A model generated the notes under the pieces. The model was given only the letters and a program-made list of their open reading frames with translations, had not been told where the DNA came from and searched no databases. Positions 1-15,200 of a stretch of 64,000 bases of DNA are shown in pieces. This stretch comes from the human T2T-CHM13v2.0 reference genome, Homo sapiens. Location of the stretch: the NCBI RefSeq assembly GCF_009914755.1, contig NC_060940.1; one strand, 5' to 3'. A program made the position numbers and the translations under genes. How positions within the stretch are numbered: position 1 is the first letter of the stretch; the number at the start of each line of letters is the position of its first letter.

Positions 1-3000
1 TTTGAGCCCACTCAATGCTTCCACTCGATTCCATATGATGATGACTCCATTCGATGAAATTCGATGATGATTCCATTCGCTTGCTTTCGATGATGATTCC
101 ACTTGAGTCCGTTAGAAGATTCTATTCAATTACATTCCATGACGATTCCGTTCGAGTATATTTGATGATTCCATTAGACTCCATTCGACGATGATTCCAT
201 TCGATGTTATTCGATGATTCCATTCGATCTCATTCGATGATGATTCCATTCAACTCCATTCGATGTTTCCATTCGAGTTCATTCTATTATTCCATTAGAT
301 TCCATTCGATGATGATTCCATTCGATTCCATTTGATGATTGCATTCTATTTCATTTGATGATGATTCCATTCGAGTCCACTCGATGATTCCATTCGAGTC
401 CATTTAATGAATACATTGGTTTCAATTCTATGATGATTACATTGGATTCCATTCGTTGATGAATTCATTCGGCTCCATTCAATGATGATTCCATTCAATT
501 CCTTTCAATGTTTCCATTCAATTCCATACGATGATGATTCCATTTGATTTGATTCGACAGTGAGCCATTCGATTCAATTCCATGATGATTCTATTTGATT
601 CAATTGGTTGACATTTCCATTCGATTCCATTCGATGATGATTCCCTTTGATTCCGTTCAAAGATGATTCCATTCTAGCCCATTCAATCATTCCATTCGAT
701 TCTATTCAATGATGATTCCATTCATGTCGATTTGGTGATTCCATTTGACTTCATTTGATGATGATTCCTTTCAAGTTCATTAGATGATTCCATTCGATTC
801 CATTTGATGATGATCCCATTCGAGTCCATTCAGTGATTCCATTCGTTTCCATTCCATGATGATTCCATTCCTTTCCATTCAATGATTCCATTCGATTCCG
901 TTTGATGATGATTTCATTCGAGTCCATTTGATGATTCCATTTGATTCCATTCGATGATGATTCCATTCGAGTCCATTCGATGATTCTATTCGAATCCATT
1001 TGATGATTTCTTTTGATTATATTTGGTGATGATTCCATTGGAGTCCATTCAATGATTCCATTCTATTCCAATCGATGATGATTCCATTAGAGTCCATTTA
1101 ATGATTCCATTTGATTCCAGTCTCTGATGATTACATTCGAGTCCATACGATGATTCCACTCAATTCCATATGATGATGATTCCATTTGATTCCATTCGGT
1201 GATTCCATTCTATTCTATTCAATGGTGATTCCATTCGAGTACATTAGATGATTCCATTCGATTCCATTCAATGATGATTCTATTTGTGTCCCTTAGATGA
1301 TTCCACATGATTCCATTAGATGATGATACTATTTGAGCCCATCCAATGATTCCCTTCGATTCCATTCGATGAGGATTCCATTCGATTCAATTCATTGGTG
1401 ATTCTATTCAATTCAATTCTTTGATTCCATTCCATTCCATTCGACAATGATTCCATTCGATTTCTTTCGATGATTCCACTCGATTCCACTTGACATTGAT
1501 TCCATTCGATTCCATTCAATGATTCCATTTGATTCCAGTGGATGATGATTGCCATCGATTCCATTCGATCACTCCATTCTATTCCATTTGATGATGATTA
1601 CATTCGATTCCATTTGATGATTCCATCTGATTCTATTCGAGGATTCCATTTGATTCCATTCGCTGATGATTCCATTCGAGTCCATTCGATGATTTCATTC
1701 AAGTACATCCAATGATTCCATTCGAGTCCATTAGATGATTCCATTTGATTCCATTTGAAAATGATTCTACTAGAGTCCATTCAATGACTCCATTCGATTC
1801 CATTCAACAATTCCATTCGACTCCATTCGATGATTCCATTCGATTCCATTTGATGGTTCCATTCGAGTCCATTTAATCATTACAGTCGAGTCCATTTGGT
1901 GATTCCACTGGATTTCTTTTGATAATGATACCATTCCATTACATTTGATGATGATCCCATTCAATTTCATTTGATGATGATTCCATTAGAGTCCATTCGA
2001 TGATTTCATTCGAGTCCCTTCATTGATTCCATCCGATTTCATTGGATGATGACTCCATTCGAGTCCATTCGATGATTCCACTCGATTCCATTAGATGACT
2101 CCATTGGAGTCCATTTGATTGTTCCATTCGATTCCATTCGATTCCTTTCGAAGATTATTCCATTTGAGTCCATTCGATGATGATTCCATTCCATTCCATT
2201 CGATGATTCCGTTTGATTCCATTCGATGATTCCCTTCGATTCCTTTCTTTGATGATTCCATTCCATTCCATTCAATGATTCCATTCGAATCTATTCCATG
2301 ATGATTCCTTTCGATTCCATTCGCTGATGTTTCCGTTCAATTCCATTCGATGATGATTCCATTCGATTCCATTCATTGAGGATTCCATTTGATTCCATTC
2401 AATGATGATTCCATTGTATTCCATTCAATGATTGCATTCAATTCCATTCAATGATTATCCCATTAAAGTAAACTCAACGATTCCATTCAATACCATTCGA
2501 TGATGATTCCTTTTGAGTCCATTCAATGATTTCATTCAAGTCCATTTGATGATTCCTTTCAATTCCATTCTATGATGATTCCATTCGAGTCCATTCGATG
2601 ATTCCATTCGATTGCATTCGATGATTCCATTATATTCAATTCAACGGTGATTCCATTCGAGTCCATTCCATGATTCCATTAGAGTACATTTAATGATTGC
2701 TTTGTTTTCAATTCGAATATGATTACATTGGATTCCATTCTATGATAGCATTCGATTTCATTCAATGATGATTCCACTCAAATCCATTGGATGATTCCAT
2801 TCGTGTCCATTCGGTGATTTCATTAGATTCCATTCGAGGATGATTCCATTCGATTCCATTCGATGATTCCATTCAATTCCATTCGATGATGATTCCATTC
2901 CAGTCCATATGATCATTCCATTTGATTTCATTCGATGATGATTCCATTCGATTCGATTCGACGATTCCATTCTATTCCATTCGATGATGATTCCATTCGA

Positions 3001-3059
3001 GTCCATTCGATCATTCCATTCGAGTCCATTTAATGATTCCATTGGGTTCAATTCAATGA

Positions 3060-3835
3060 TGATTACATTGGATTCCGTTCTATGATTCCATTCAATTCCG
3101 TTCATTGACAATTTGATTCCATTCGATGATGATTCCATTTGAGTTCATTCGATGATTCTATTCGATTCTCTTCGATGGTGATTCAATTCTATTATATTGG
3201 ATGATTCCATTCGATTCCATTTGATGTTGATTCAATTCGATTCTATTCGATGATGATTCCATTGGATTTCACTTGATGATTCTATTCGATTCCATTCAAT
3301 GATGATTCACTTCTCGTCCATTGGATGATTCCATTTCATTCCATTCGATGATGATTCCATTCGATTCCATTCGATGATTCCTTTTGATTCCATGCGACGG
3401 TGAGCAATTCGATTCAATTCCATGATGATTCTATTTGATTCAATTAGATGATGTTTCCATTCGAATCCATTCCATGATTATTCCATTGGAATCCATTCGG
3501 CGATGATTCCATATGAGTCAATTCAATGATGATTCCATATGGGTCCGTTCGATGATAATTCCATTTGATTTCATTCGATGCTTCTATTCAATTCCAGTCG
3601 ATGATGATTCCGTTGGAGTCCATACGATGATTCCATTTGATTTCATTTGATGATGATTCCATTCGATGATAATTACCTTGGATTCCATTCTATGATTCCA
3701 TTCAATTCCATTCGTTGATGATTCGATTCCATTCAATGATGATTCCATTTGAGTTCATTCGATGATTCTATTCGATTCCGTTCGATGGTGATTCAATTCT
3801 ATTATATTGGATGATTCCACTCGATTCCATTTGAT
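3060..3835 (+). repeat. Internal ~170-bp direct repeat pair within each HOR unit (~3060-3230 and ~3670-3835), 610 bp apart
   Basis: TTTGAGTTCATTCGATGATTCTATTCGATTC..TTCGATGGTGATTCAATTCTATTATATTGGATGATTCCA occurs twice; ATTCAATTCTATTATATTGG is at 3181 and 3791. Confidence 0.88.
3436..3446 (-). promoter_or_regulatory. Putative DUX4 site (TAATTGAATCA on - strand), one example of many
   Basis: TGATTCAATTA matches the reverse complement of the DUX4 consensus TAAYBBAATCA; TGATTCCATTA (e.g. 166-176) also fits. DUX4 binding and activation of HSATII is established; occupancy of this site is not shown. Confidence 0.45.
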
Positions 3836-6112
3836 GATTATTCCATTGGAGTCCACTTAGTGAATCCTTTAGATTCTACTCGACGATGATTCCATTCGAG
3901 TCCATTCGATGATACCATTCAATTCCATTCGTTGATGCTTCCATTCAAGTGCATTCGATGATATCATTCGATTCCATTTGATGATAATTCCATTTGATTC
4001 CATGCGATGATTCTATTCGATTCCATTCAATGATAATTCCATTCAATTCAGTGATTCCTCTGGACTCCATTTGATGATGATTCCATTCAATGATTCCATT
4101 CGATTCTATTCGAAAATGATTCCATTTGAATCCATTTGATGATGATTCCATTAGATTCCATTTGATGATTCCATTCGATTCCATTCGACGATGATTCCAT
4201 TCGATTCCGTTTGATGATTCCATTCTATTCTATTCGATGATGATTCCATTCGATTCCATTCGATGATGATTGGATTCGATTCCATTGGATGATTTCATTT
4301 GATTCCATTCGTTAATGATTTCGATCAATTCCATTCGATGATTCCATTCGATTCCATTCGATAATGATTACATCCGAGTCCATTCGATGATTCCCTTTGA
4401 GCCTGTTCGATAATTCCATTTGAGTCCAACCAATGATTCCATTCATTTCCATTCAATGATTCCATTCGAGTCCATTTGATCATTCCGGTAGGGTCCATTC
4501 GATGTTGATTCCATTGGAGTGCATTCGATGATTCCATTCGAGTCCATTTTAGGATTTGATTCGAGTCCTTTCGATGATTCCATTCGATTCCACTCGATGA
4601 TGATTTCATTCGAGTCCATTCGACACTTCCAATCGATTCCATTTGATGATTCCATTCGAGTCCAATTGATGATTCCATTCAATTCCATTCGATGATGATT
4701 CCGTACAATTCCATTCTGTGATGATTCCATGTGATTGCATTCAATGATGATTCCTTTCGATTGCATTCGATTATGATTCATTTCGTGTTCATTCTATGGT
4801 TCTACAGGTTTCCATTCGTGTCCATTCCATTATTCCATTCTATTCCATTTGATGATGATTCCATTCGATTCCATTCATTGGTGATTCCACTCAATTCCAT
4901 TCAATGATTCCATTCCATTTCTTTCAACAATGATTCCATTAGTTTCTAATCGATGATCCACTTGATTCCATTTGACGACGATTCCATTCTTGTCCATTCG
5001 ATGATTCCATTTGATTCCATATGATGATGATTCCATTCGATTCCATACCATGATGATTCCATTCGAGTCCATTCAATGGTGATTCCATTCAATTCCATTC
5101 GATGATTCCTTTTGATTCCATTCGATGATGATGGCATTCGATTCCTTTCAATCATTCTCTTTGATTCCATTCAAAGGTGATTTCATTCAAGTCCATTCGA
5201 TAATTGCATTCGATTCCATTCTATGATGATTCCATTCGAGTCCATTTGATGATTCCATTCAATTCAAGTCAATGATGATTCCATTCGATTCCATTCGATG
5301 ATTCCATGGGATTCCATTCGATGATGATTCCATTCAAATCCATTCGATAATTCAATTCAAGTCCATTCGATGATGATTCCAATCGAATCCATTCAAAGAT
5401 TCCATGCAGTTCCATTCGATGATTCCCTTAGATTCCATTCGATGATTCCACTTGATTGCATTTACGATGATTCCATTCGATTCCATGTGATGATTCCATT
5501 CAATTCTATTCAATGATGTCTCCATTTGATTCCATTCGACCATGATTGCCTTTGATTCCATTCAATGATTCCATTCGGTTCCGTTTGATGATGATTCCGT
5601 TCGATTCCATTTGATGATTCCATTGGATTCCATTGGATGAGTCCATTCGATTACATTCGATGATTATTCCATTCGAGTGCATTAGATGATTCCATTCGAG
5701 TCCATTCGATGATTCCATTCGATTCCATTCGATGTTGATTCTGTTCAAATCCATTCGATGATTCCACTCGATTCCATTCGTTGACTCCATTTGATCCCAT
5801 TCGATGATTTCCTTTGATTCCCTTTGATGATCATTCCATTTGATTCAATTCGGTGATTTCATTTGATTCCATTCAGTGATGTTTCCATTCGACTCCATTC
5901 GATGATGATTCCATTCGACTCCATTCGATTATGATTTCATTCAATTCCATTCGATAATGATTCCCTTCGAGTCCATTCGATGATTCCATTCGATTCCATT
6001 CAACGATGATTTGATTCGTGTCCATTCGATGATTCCATTTGATTCCACTTGATGATGATTCCATTCGAGTCCATTTGATGATTCCATTCAATTCCATACT
6101 CCGATGATTTCT

Positions 6113-9100
6113 TTTGAGCCCACTCAATGCTTCCACTCGATTCCATATGATGATGACTCCATTCGATGAAATTCGATGATGATTCCATTCGCTTGCTTTC
6201 GATGATGATTCCACTTGAGTCCGTTAGAAGATTCTATTCAATTACATTCCATGACGATTCCGTTCGAGTCCATTTGATGATTCCATTAGACTCCATTCGA
6301 CGATGATTCCATTCGATGTTATTCCATGATTCCATTCGATCTCATTCGATGATGATTCCATTCAACTCCATTCGATGTTTCCATTCGAGTTCATTCTATT
6401 ATTCCATTAGATTCCATTCGATGATGATTCCATTCGATTCCATTTGATGATTGCATTCTATTTCATTTGATGATGATTCCATTCGAGTCCACTCGATGAT
6501 TCCATTCGAGTCCATTTAATGAATCCATTGGTTTCAATTCTATGATGATTACATTGGATTCCATTCGTTGATGAATTCATTCGGCTCCATTCAATGATGA
6601 TTCCATTCAATTCCTTTCAATGTTTCCATTCAATTCCATACGATGATGATTCCATTTGATTTGATTCGACAGTGAGCCATTCGATTCAATTCCATGATGA
6701 TTCTATTTGATTCAATTGGTTGACATTTCCATTCGATTCCATTCGATGATGATTCCCTTTGATTCCGTTCAAAGATGATTCCATTCTAGCCCATTCAATC
6801 ATTCCATTCGATTCTATTCAATGATGATTCCATTCATGTCGATTTGGTGATTCCATTTGACTTCATTTGATGATGATTCCTTTCAAGTTCATTAGATGAT
6901 TCCATTCGATTCCATTTGATGATGATCCCATTCGAGTCCATTCAGTGATTCCATTCGTTTCCATTCCATGATGATTCCATTCCTTTCCATTCAATGATTC
7001 CATTCGATTCCGTTTGATGATGATTTCATTCGAGTCCATTTGATGATTCCATTTGATTCCATTCGATGATGATTCCATTCGAGTCCATTCGATGATTCTA
7101 TTCGAATCCATTTGATGATTTCTTTTGATTATATTTGGTGATGATTCCATTGGAGTCCATTCAATGATTCCATTCTATTCCAATCGATGATGATTCCATT
7201 AGAGTCCATTTAATGATTCCATTTGATTCCAGTCTCTGATGATTACATTCGAGTCCATACGATGATTCCACTCAATTCCATATGATGATGATTCCATTCG
7301 ATTCCATTCGATGATTCCATTCTATTCTATTCAATGGTGATTCCATTCGAGTACATTAGATGATTCCATTCGATTCCATTCAATGATGATTCTATTTGTG
7401 TCCCTTAGATGATTCCACATGATTCCATTAGATGATGATACTATTTGAGCCCATCCAATGATTCCCTTCGATTCCATTCGATGAGGATTCCATTCGATTC
7501 AATTCATTGGTGATTCTATTCAATTCAATTCTTTGATTCCATTCCATTCCATTCGACAATGATTCCATTCGATTTCTTTCGATGATTCCACTCGATTCCA
7601 CTTGACATTAATTCCATTCGATTCCATTCAATGATTCCATTTGATTCCAGTGGATGATGATTGCCATCGATTCCATTCGATCACTCCATTCTATTCCATT
7701 TGATGATGATTACATTCGATTCCATTTGATGATTCCATCTGATTCTATTCGAGGATTCCATTTGATTCCATTCGATGATGATTCCATTCGAGTCCATTCG
7801 ATGATTTCATTCGAGTACATCCAATGATTCCATTCGTGTCCATTTGATGATTCCATTTGTTTCCATTTGATTATGATTCTACTAGAGTCCATTCAATGAC
7901 TCCATTCGAGTGCATTCAACAATTCCATTCGACTCCATTCGATGATTGCATTCGATTCCATTTGATGATTCCATTCGAGTCCATTTAATCATTACAGTCG
8001 AGTCCATTTGGTGATTCCACTGGATTTCTTTTGATAATGATACCATTCCATTACATTTGATGATGATCCCATTCAATTTCATTTGATGATGATTCCCTTA
8101 GAGTCCATTCGATGATTTCATTCGAGTCCTTTCATTGATTCCATCCGATTTCATTTGATGATGACTCCATTCGAGTCCATTCGATGATTCCACTCGATTT
8201 CATTAGATGATTCCATTGGAGTCCATTTCATTGTTCCATTCGATTCCATTCGATTCCTTTCGAAGATTATTCCATTTGAGTCCATTCGATGATGATTACA
8301 TTCCATTCCATTCGATGATTCCATTTGATTCCATTTGATGATTCCCTTCGATTCCTTTCTTTGATGACTGCATTCCATTCCATTCAATGTTTCCATTCGA
8401 ATCTATTCCATGATGATTCCTTTCGATTCCATTCGCTGATGTTTCCGTTCAATTCCATTCGATGATGATTCCATTCGATTCCATTCATTGAGGATTCCAT
8501 TTGATTCCATTCAATGATGATTCCGTTCTATTCCATTCAATGATTGCATTCAATTCCATTCAATGATTATCCCATTAGAGTAAACTCAACGATTCCATTC
8601 AATACCATTCGATGATGATTCCTTTTGAGTTCATTCAATGATTTCATTCAAGTCCATTTGATGATTCCTTTCAATTCCATTCTATGATGATTCCATTCGA
8701 GTCCATTCGATGATTCCATTCGATTGCATTCCATGATTCCATTATATTCCATTCAACGGTGATTCCATTCGAGTCCATTCGATGATTCCATTAGAGTACA
8801 TTTAATGATTGCTTTGTTTTCAATTCGAAGATGATTACATTCGATTCCATTCTATGATACCATTCGATTCCATTCAATGATGATTCCACTCAAATCCATT
8901 GGATGATTCCATTCGTGTCCATTCGGTGATTTCATTAGATTCCATTCGAGGATGATTCCTTTCGATTCCATTCGATGATTCCATTCAATTCCATTCGATG
9001 ATGATTCCATTCGAGTCCATATGATCATTCCATTTGATTTCATTCGATGATGATTCCATTCGATTCCATTCGATGATTCCATTCTATTCCTTTCGATGAT

Positions 9101-12100
9101 GATTCCATTCGAGTCCATTCGATGATTCCATTCGAGTCCATTTAATGATTCCATTGGGTTCAATTCGATGATGATTACATTGGATTCCGTTCTATGATTC
9201 CATTCAATTCCGTTCATTGACAATTTGATTCCATTCGATGATGATTCCATTTGAGTTCATTCGATGATTCTATTCGATTCTCTTCGATGGTGATTCAATT
9301 ATATTATATTGGATGATGCCATTCGATTCCATTTGATGTTGATTCAATTCGATTCTATTCGATGATGATTCCATTGGATTTCACTTGATGATTCTATTCG
9401 ATTCCATTCAATGATGATTCACTTCTCGTCCATTGGATGGTTCCATTTCATTCCATTCGATGATGATTCCATTCGATTCCATTCGATGATTCCATTTGAT
9501 TCCATTCGACGGTGACCAATTCGATTCAATTCCATGATGATTCTATTTGATTCAATTAGATGATGTTTCCATTCGAATCCATTCCATGATTATTCCATTG
9601 GAATCCATTCGGCGATGATTCCATATGAGTCAATTCAATGATGATTCCATATGGGTCCGTTCGATGATAATTCCATTTGATTTCATTCGATGCTTCTATT
9701 CAATTCCAGTTGATGATGATTCCGTTGGAGTCCATACGATGATTCCATTTGATTTCATTTGATGATGATTCCATTCGATTCCATTCGATGATGATTACAT
9801 TGGATTCCATTCTATGATTCCATTCAATTCCATTCGTTGATGATTCGATTCCATTCAATGATGATTCCATTTGAGTTCATTCGATGATTCTATTCGATTC
9901 CGTTCGATGGTGATTCAATTCTCTTATATTGGATGATTCCACTCGATTCCATTTGATGATTATTCCATTGGAGTCCACTTAGTGAATCCTTTAGATTCTA
10001 CTCGAAGATGATTCCATTCGAGTCCATTCGATGGTACCATTCAATTCCATTCGTTGATGCTTCCATTCAAGTGCATTCGATGATATCATTCGATTCCATT
10101 TGATGATAATTCCATTTGATTCCATGCGATGATTCTATTCGATTCCATTCAATGATAATTCCATTCAATTCAGTGATTCCTCTGGACTCCATTTGATGAT
10201 GATTCCATTCAATGATTCCATTCGATTCTATTCGAAAATGATTCCATTTGAATCCATTTGATGATGATTCCATTAGATTCCATTTGATGATTCTATTCGA
10301 TTCCATTCGACGATGATTCCATTCGATTCCATTTGATGATTCCATTCTATTCTATTCGATGATGATTCCATTCGATTCCATTCGATGATGATTGGATTCG
10401 ATTCCATTTGATGATTTCATTTGATTCCATTCGATAATGATTTTGATCAATTCCATTCGATGATTCCATTCGATTCCATTCGATAATGATTACATCCGAG
10501 TCCATTCGATGATTCCATATGAGCCCGTTCGATAATTCCATTTGAGTCCAATCAATGATTGCATTCATTTCCATTCAATGATTCCATTCGAGTCCATTTG
10601 ATCATTCCGGTAGGGTCCGTTCGATGTTGATTCCATTGGAGTGCATTCGATGATTCCATTCGAGTCCAATTTATGATTTGGTTCGAGTCCTTTCGATGAT
10701 TCCATTCGATTCCACTCGATGATGATTTCATTCGAGTCCATTCGACACTTCCAATCGATTCCATTTGATGTTTCCTTTCGAGTCCAATTGATGATTCCAT
10801 TCAATTCCATTCGATGATGATTCCGTACGATTCCACTCTGTGATGATTCCAAGTGATTGCATTCAATGATGATTCCTTTCGATTGCATTCGATTATGATT
10901 CATTTCGTGTTCATTCTATGGTTCCACAGGTTTCCATTCGTGTCCATTCCATTATTCCATTCTATTCCATTTGATGATGATTCTATTCGATTCCATTCAT
11001 TGGTGATTCCACTCAATTCCATTCAATGATTCCATTCCATTTCTTTCAACAATGATTCCATTAGTTTCTAATCGATGATCCACTTGATTCCATTTGACGA
11101 CGATTCCATTCTTGTCCATTCGATGATTCCATTTGATTCCATATGATGATGATTCCATTCGATTCCATACCATGATGATTCCATTCGAGTCCATTCAATG
11201 GTGATTCCATTCAATTCCATTCGATGATTCCTTTCGATTCCATTCCATGATGATGGCATTCGATTCCTTTCAATCATTCCCTTTGATTCCATTCAAAGGT
11301 GATTTCATTCAAGTCCATTCGATAATTGCATTCGATTCCATTCTATGATGATTCCATTCGAGTCCATTTGATGATTCCATTCAATTCAAGTCAATGATGA
11401 TTCCATTCAATTCCATTCGATGATTCCATTGGATTCCATTCGATGATGATTCCATTCAAATCCATTCGATAATTCAATTCAAGTCCATTCGATGATGATT
11501 CCAATCGAATCCATTCAAAGATTCCATTCTGTCCCATTCGATGATTCCCTTAGATTCCATTCGATGATTCCACTTGATTGCATTTACGATGATTCCATTC
11601 GATTCCATGTGATGATTCCATTCAATTCTATTCAATGATGTCTCCATTTGATTCCATTCGACCATGATTGCCTTTGATTCCATTCAATGATTCCATTCGG
11701 TTCCGTTTGATGATGATTCCGTTCGATTCCATTTGATGATTCCATTTGATTCCATTGGATGAGTCCATTCGATTACACTCGATGATTATTCCATTCGAGT
11801 GCATTAGATGATTCCATTCGAGTCCATTCGATGATTCCATTCGATTCCATTCGATGTTGATTCTGTTCAAATCCATTCGATGATTCCACTCGATTCCATT
11901 CGTTGACTCCATTTGATCCCATTCGATGATTTCCTTTGATTCCCTTTGATGATCATTCCATTTGATTCAATTCGGTGATTTCATTTGATACCATTCAGTG
12001 ATGTTTCCATTCGACTCCATTCGATGATGATTCCATTCGACTCCATTCGATTATGATTTCATTCAATTCCATTCGATAATGATTCCCTTCGAGTCCATTC

Positions 12101-12234
12101 GATGATTCCATTCGATTCCATTCAACGATGATTTGATTCGTGTCCATTCGATGATTCCATTTGATTCCACTTGACGATGATTCCATTCGAGTCCATTTGA
12201 TGATTCCATTCAATTCCATACTCCGATGATTTCT
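6113..12234 (+). repeat. HOR copy 2 (6122 bp, subtype B)
   Basis: Extra ATTCCATTCG at 9768-9787; B alleles GATTATGATTCTACTAG, GGTACC (10033), CCAATTTATGATTTGG. Confidence 0.92.
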
Positions 12235-15200
12235 TTTGAGCCCACTCAATGCTTCCACTCGATTCCATATGATGATGACTCCATTCGATGAAATTCGATG
12301 ATGATTCCATTCGCTTGCTTTCGATGATGATTCCACTTGAGTCCGTTAGAAGATTCTATTCAATTACATTCCATGACGATTCCGTTCGAGTCCATTTGAT
12401 GATTCCATTAGACTCCATTCGACGATGATTCCATTCGATGTTATTCCATGATTCCATTCGATCTCATTCGATGATGATTCCATTCAACTCCATTCGATGT
12501 TTCCATTCGAGTTCATTCTATTATTCCATTAGATTCCATTCGATGATGATTCCATTCGATTCCATTTGATGATTGCATTCTATTTCATTTGATGATGATT
12601 CCATTCGAGTCCACTCGATGATTCCATTCGAGTCCATTTAATGAATCCATTGGTTTCAATTCTATGATGATTACATTGGATTCCATTCGTTGATGAATTC
12701 ATTCGGCTCCATTCAATGATGATTCCATTCAATTCCTTTCAATGTTTCCATTCAATTCCATACGATGATGATTCCATTTGATTTGATTCGACAGTGAGCC
12801 ATTCGATTCAATTCCATGATGATTCTATTTGATTCAATTGGTTGACATTTCCATTCGATTCCATTCGATGATGATTCCCTTTGATTCCGTTCAAAGATGA
12901 TTCCATTCTAGCCCATTCAATCATTCCATTCGATTCTATTCAATGATGATTCCATTCATGTCGATTTGGTGATTCCATTTGACTTCATTTGATGATGATT
13001 CCTTTCAAGTTCATTAGATGATTCCATTCGATTCCATTTGATGATGATCCCATTCGAGTCCATTCAGTGATTCCATTCGTTTCCATTCCATGATGATTCC
13101 ATTCCTTTCCATTCAATGATTCCATTCGATTCCGTTTGATGATGATTTCATTCGAGTCCATTTGATGATTCCATTTGATTCCATTCGATGATGATTCCAT
13201 TCGAGTCCATTCGATGATTCTATTCGAATCCATTTGATGATTTCTTTTGATTATATTTGGTGATGATTCCATTGGAGTCCATTCAATGATTCCATTCGAT
13301 TCCAATTGATGATGATTCCATTAGAGTCCATTTAATGATTCCATTTGATTCCAGTCTCTGATGATTACATTCGAGTCCATACGATGATTCCACTCAATTC
13401 CATATGATGATGATTCCATTCGATTCCATTCGATGATTCCATTCTATTCTATTCAATGGTGATTCCATTCGAGTACATTAGATGATTCCATTCGATTCCA
13501 TTCAATGATGATTCTATTTGTGTCCCTTAGATGATTCCACATGATTCCATTAGATGATGATACTATTTGAGCCCATCCAATGATTCCCTTCGATTCCATT
13601 CGATGAGGATTCCATTCGATTCAATTCATTGGTGATTCTATTCAATTCAATTCTTTGATTCCATTCCATTCCATTCGACAATGATTCCATTCGATTTCTT
13701 TCGATGATTCCACTCGATTCCACTTGACATTGATTCCATTCGATTCCATTCAATGATTCCATTTGATTCCAGTGGATGATGATTGCCATCGATTCCATTC
13801 GATCACTCCATTCTATTCCATTTGATGATGATTACATTCGATTCCATTTGATGATTCCATCTGATTCTATTCGAGGATTCCATTTGATTCCATTCGATGA
13901 TGATTCCATTCGAGTCCATTCGATGATTTCATTCGAGTACATCCAATGATTCCATTCGTGTCCATTTGATGATTCCATTTGTTTCCATTTGATTATGATT
14001 CTACTAGAGTCCATTCAATGACTCCATTCGAGTGCATTCAACAATTCCATTCGACTCCATTCGATGATTGCATTCGATTCCATTTGATGATTCCATTCGA
14101 GTCCATTTAATCATTACAGTCGAGTCCATTTGGTGATTCCACTGGATTTCTTTTGATAATGATACCATTCCATTACATTTGATGATGATCCCATTCAATT
14201 TCATTTGATGATGATTCCCTTAGAGTCCATTCGATGATTTCATTCGAGTAATTTCATTGATTCCATCCGATTTCATTTGATGATGACTCCATTCGAGTCC
14301 ATTCGATGATTCCACTCGATTCCATTAGATGATTCCATTGGAGTCCATTTCATTGTTCCATTCGATTCCATTCGATTCCTTTCGAAGATTATTCCATTTG
14401 AGTCCATTCGATGATGATTACATTCCATTCCATTCGATGATTCCATTTGATTCCATTTGATGATTCCCTTCGATTCCTTTCTTTGATGACTGCATTCCAT
14501 TCCATTCAATGTTTCCATTCGAATCTATTCCATGATGATTCCATTCGATTCCATTCGCTGATGTTTCCGTTCAATTCCATTCGATGATGATTCCATTCGA
14601 TTCCATTCATTGAGGATTCCATTTGATTCCATTCAATGATGATTCCGTTCTATTCCATTCAATGATTGCATTCAATTCCATTCAATGATTATCCCATTAG
14701 AGTAAACTCAACGATTCCATTCAATACCATTCGATGATGATTCCTTTTGAGTTCATTCAATGATTTCATTCAAGTCCATTTGATGATTCCTTTCAATTCC
14801 ATTCTATGATGATTCCATTCGAGTCCATTCGATGATTCCATTCGATTGCATTCCATGATTCCATTATATTCCATTCAACGGTGATTCCATTCGAGTCCAT
14901 TCGATGATTCCATTAGAGTACATTTAATGATTGCTTTGTTTTCAATTCGAAGATGATTACATTCGATTCCATTCTATGATACCATTCGATTCCATTCAAT
15001 GATGATTCCACTCAAATCCATTGGATGATTCCATTCGTGTCCATTCGGTGATTTCATTAGATTCCATTCGAGGATGATTCCTTTCGATTCCATTCGATGA
15101 TTCCATTCAATTCCATTCGATGATGATTCCATTCGAGTCCATATGATCATTCCATTTGATTTCATTCGATGATGATTCCATTCGATTCCATTCGATGATT

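Larger units (their letters stand above)
1..6112 (+). repeat. HOR copy 1 (6112 bp, mostly subtype A)
   Basis: Landmark spacing 1 to 6113; lacks the extra ATTCCATTCG decamer; carries A alleles GAAAATGATTCTACTAG and TTTTAGGATTTG. Confidence 0.92.
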
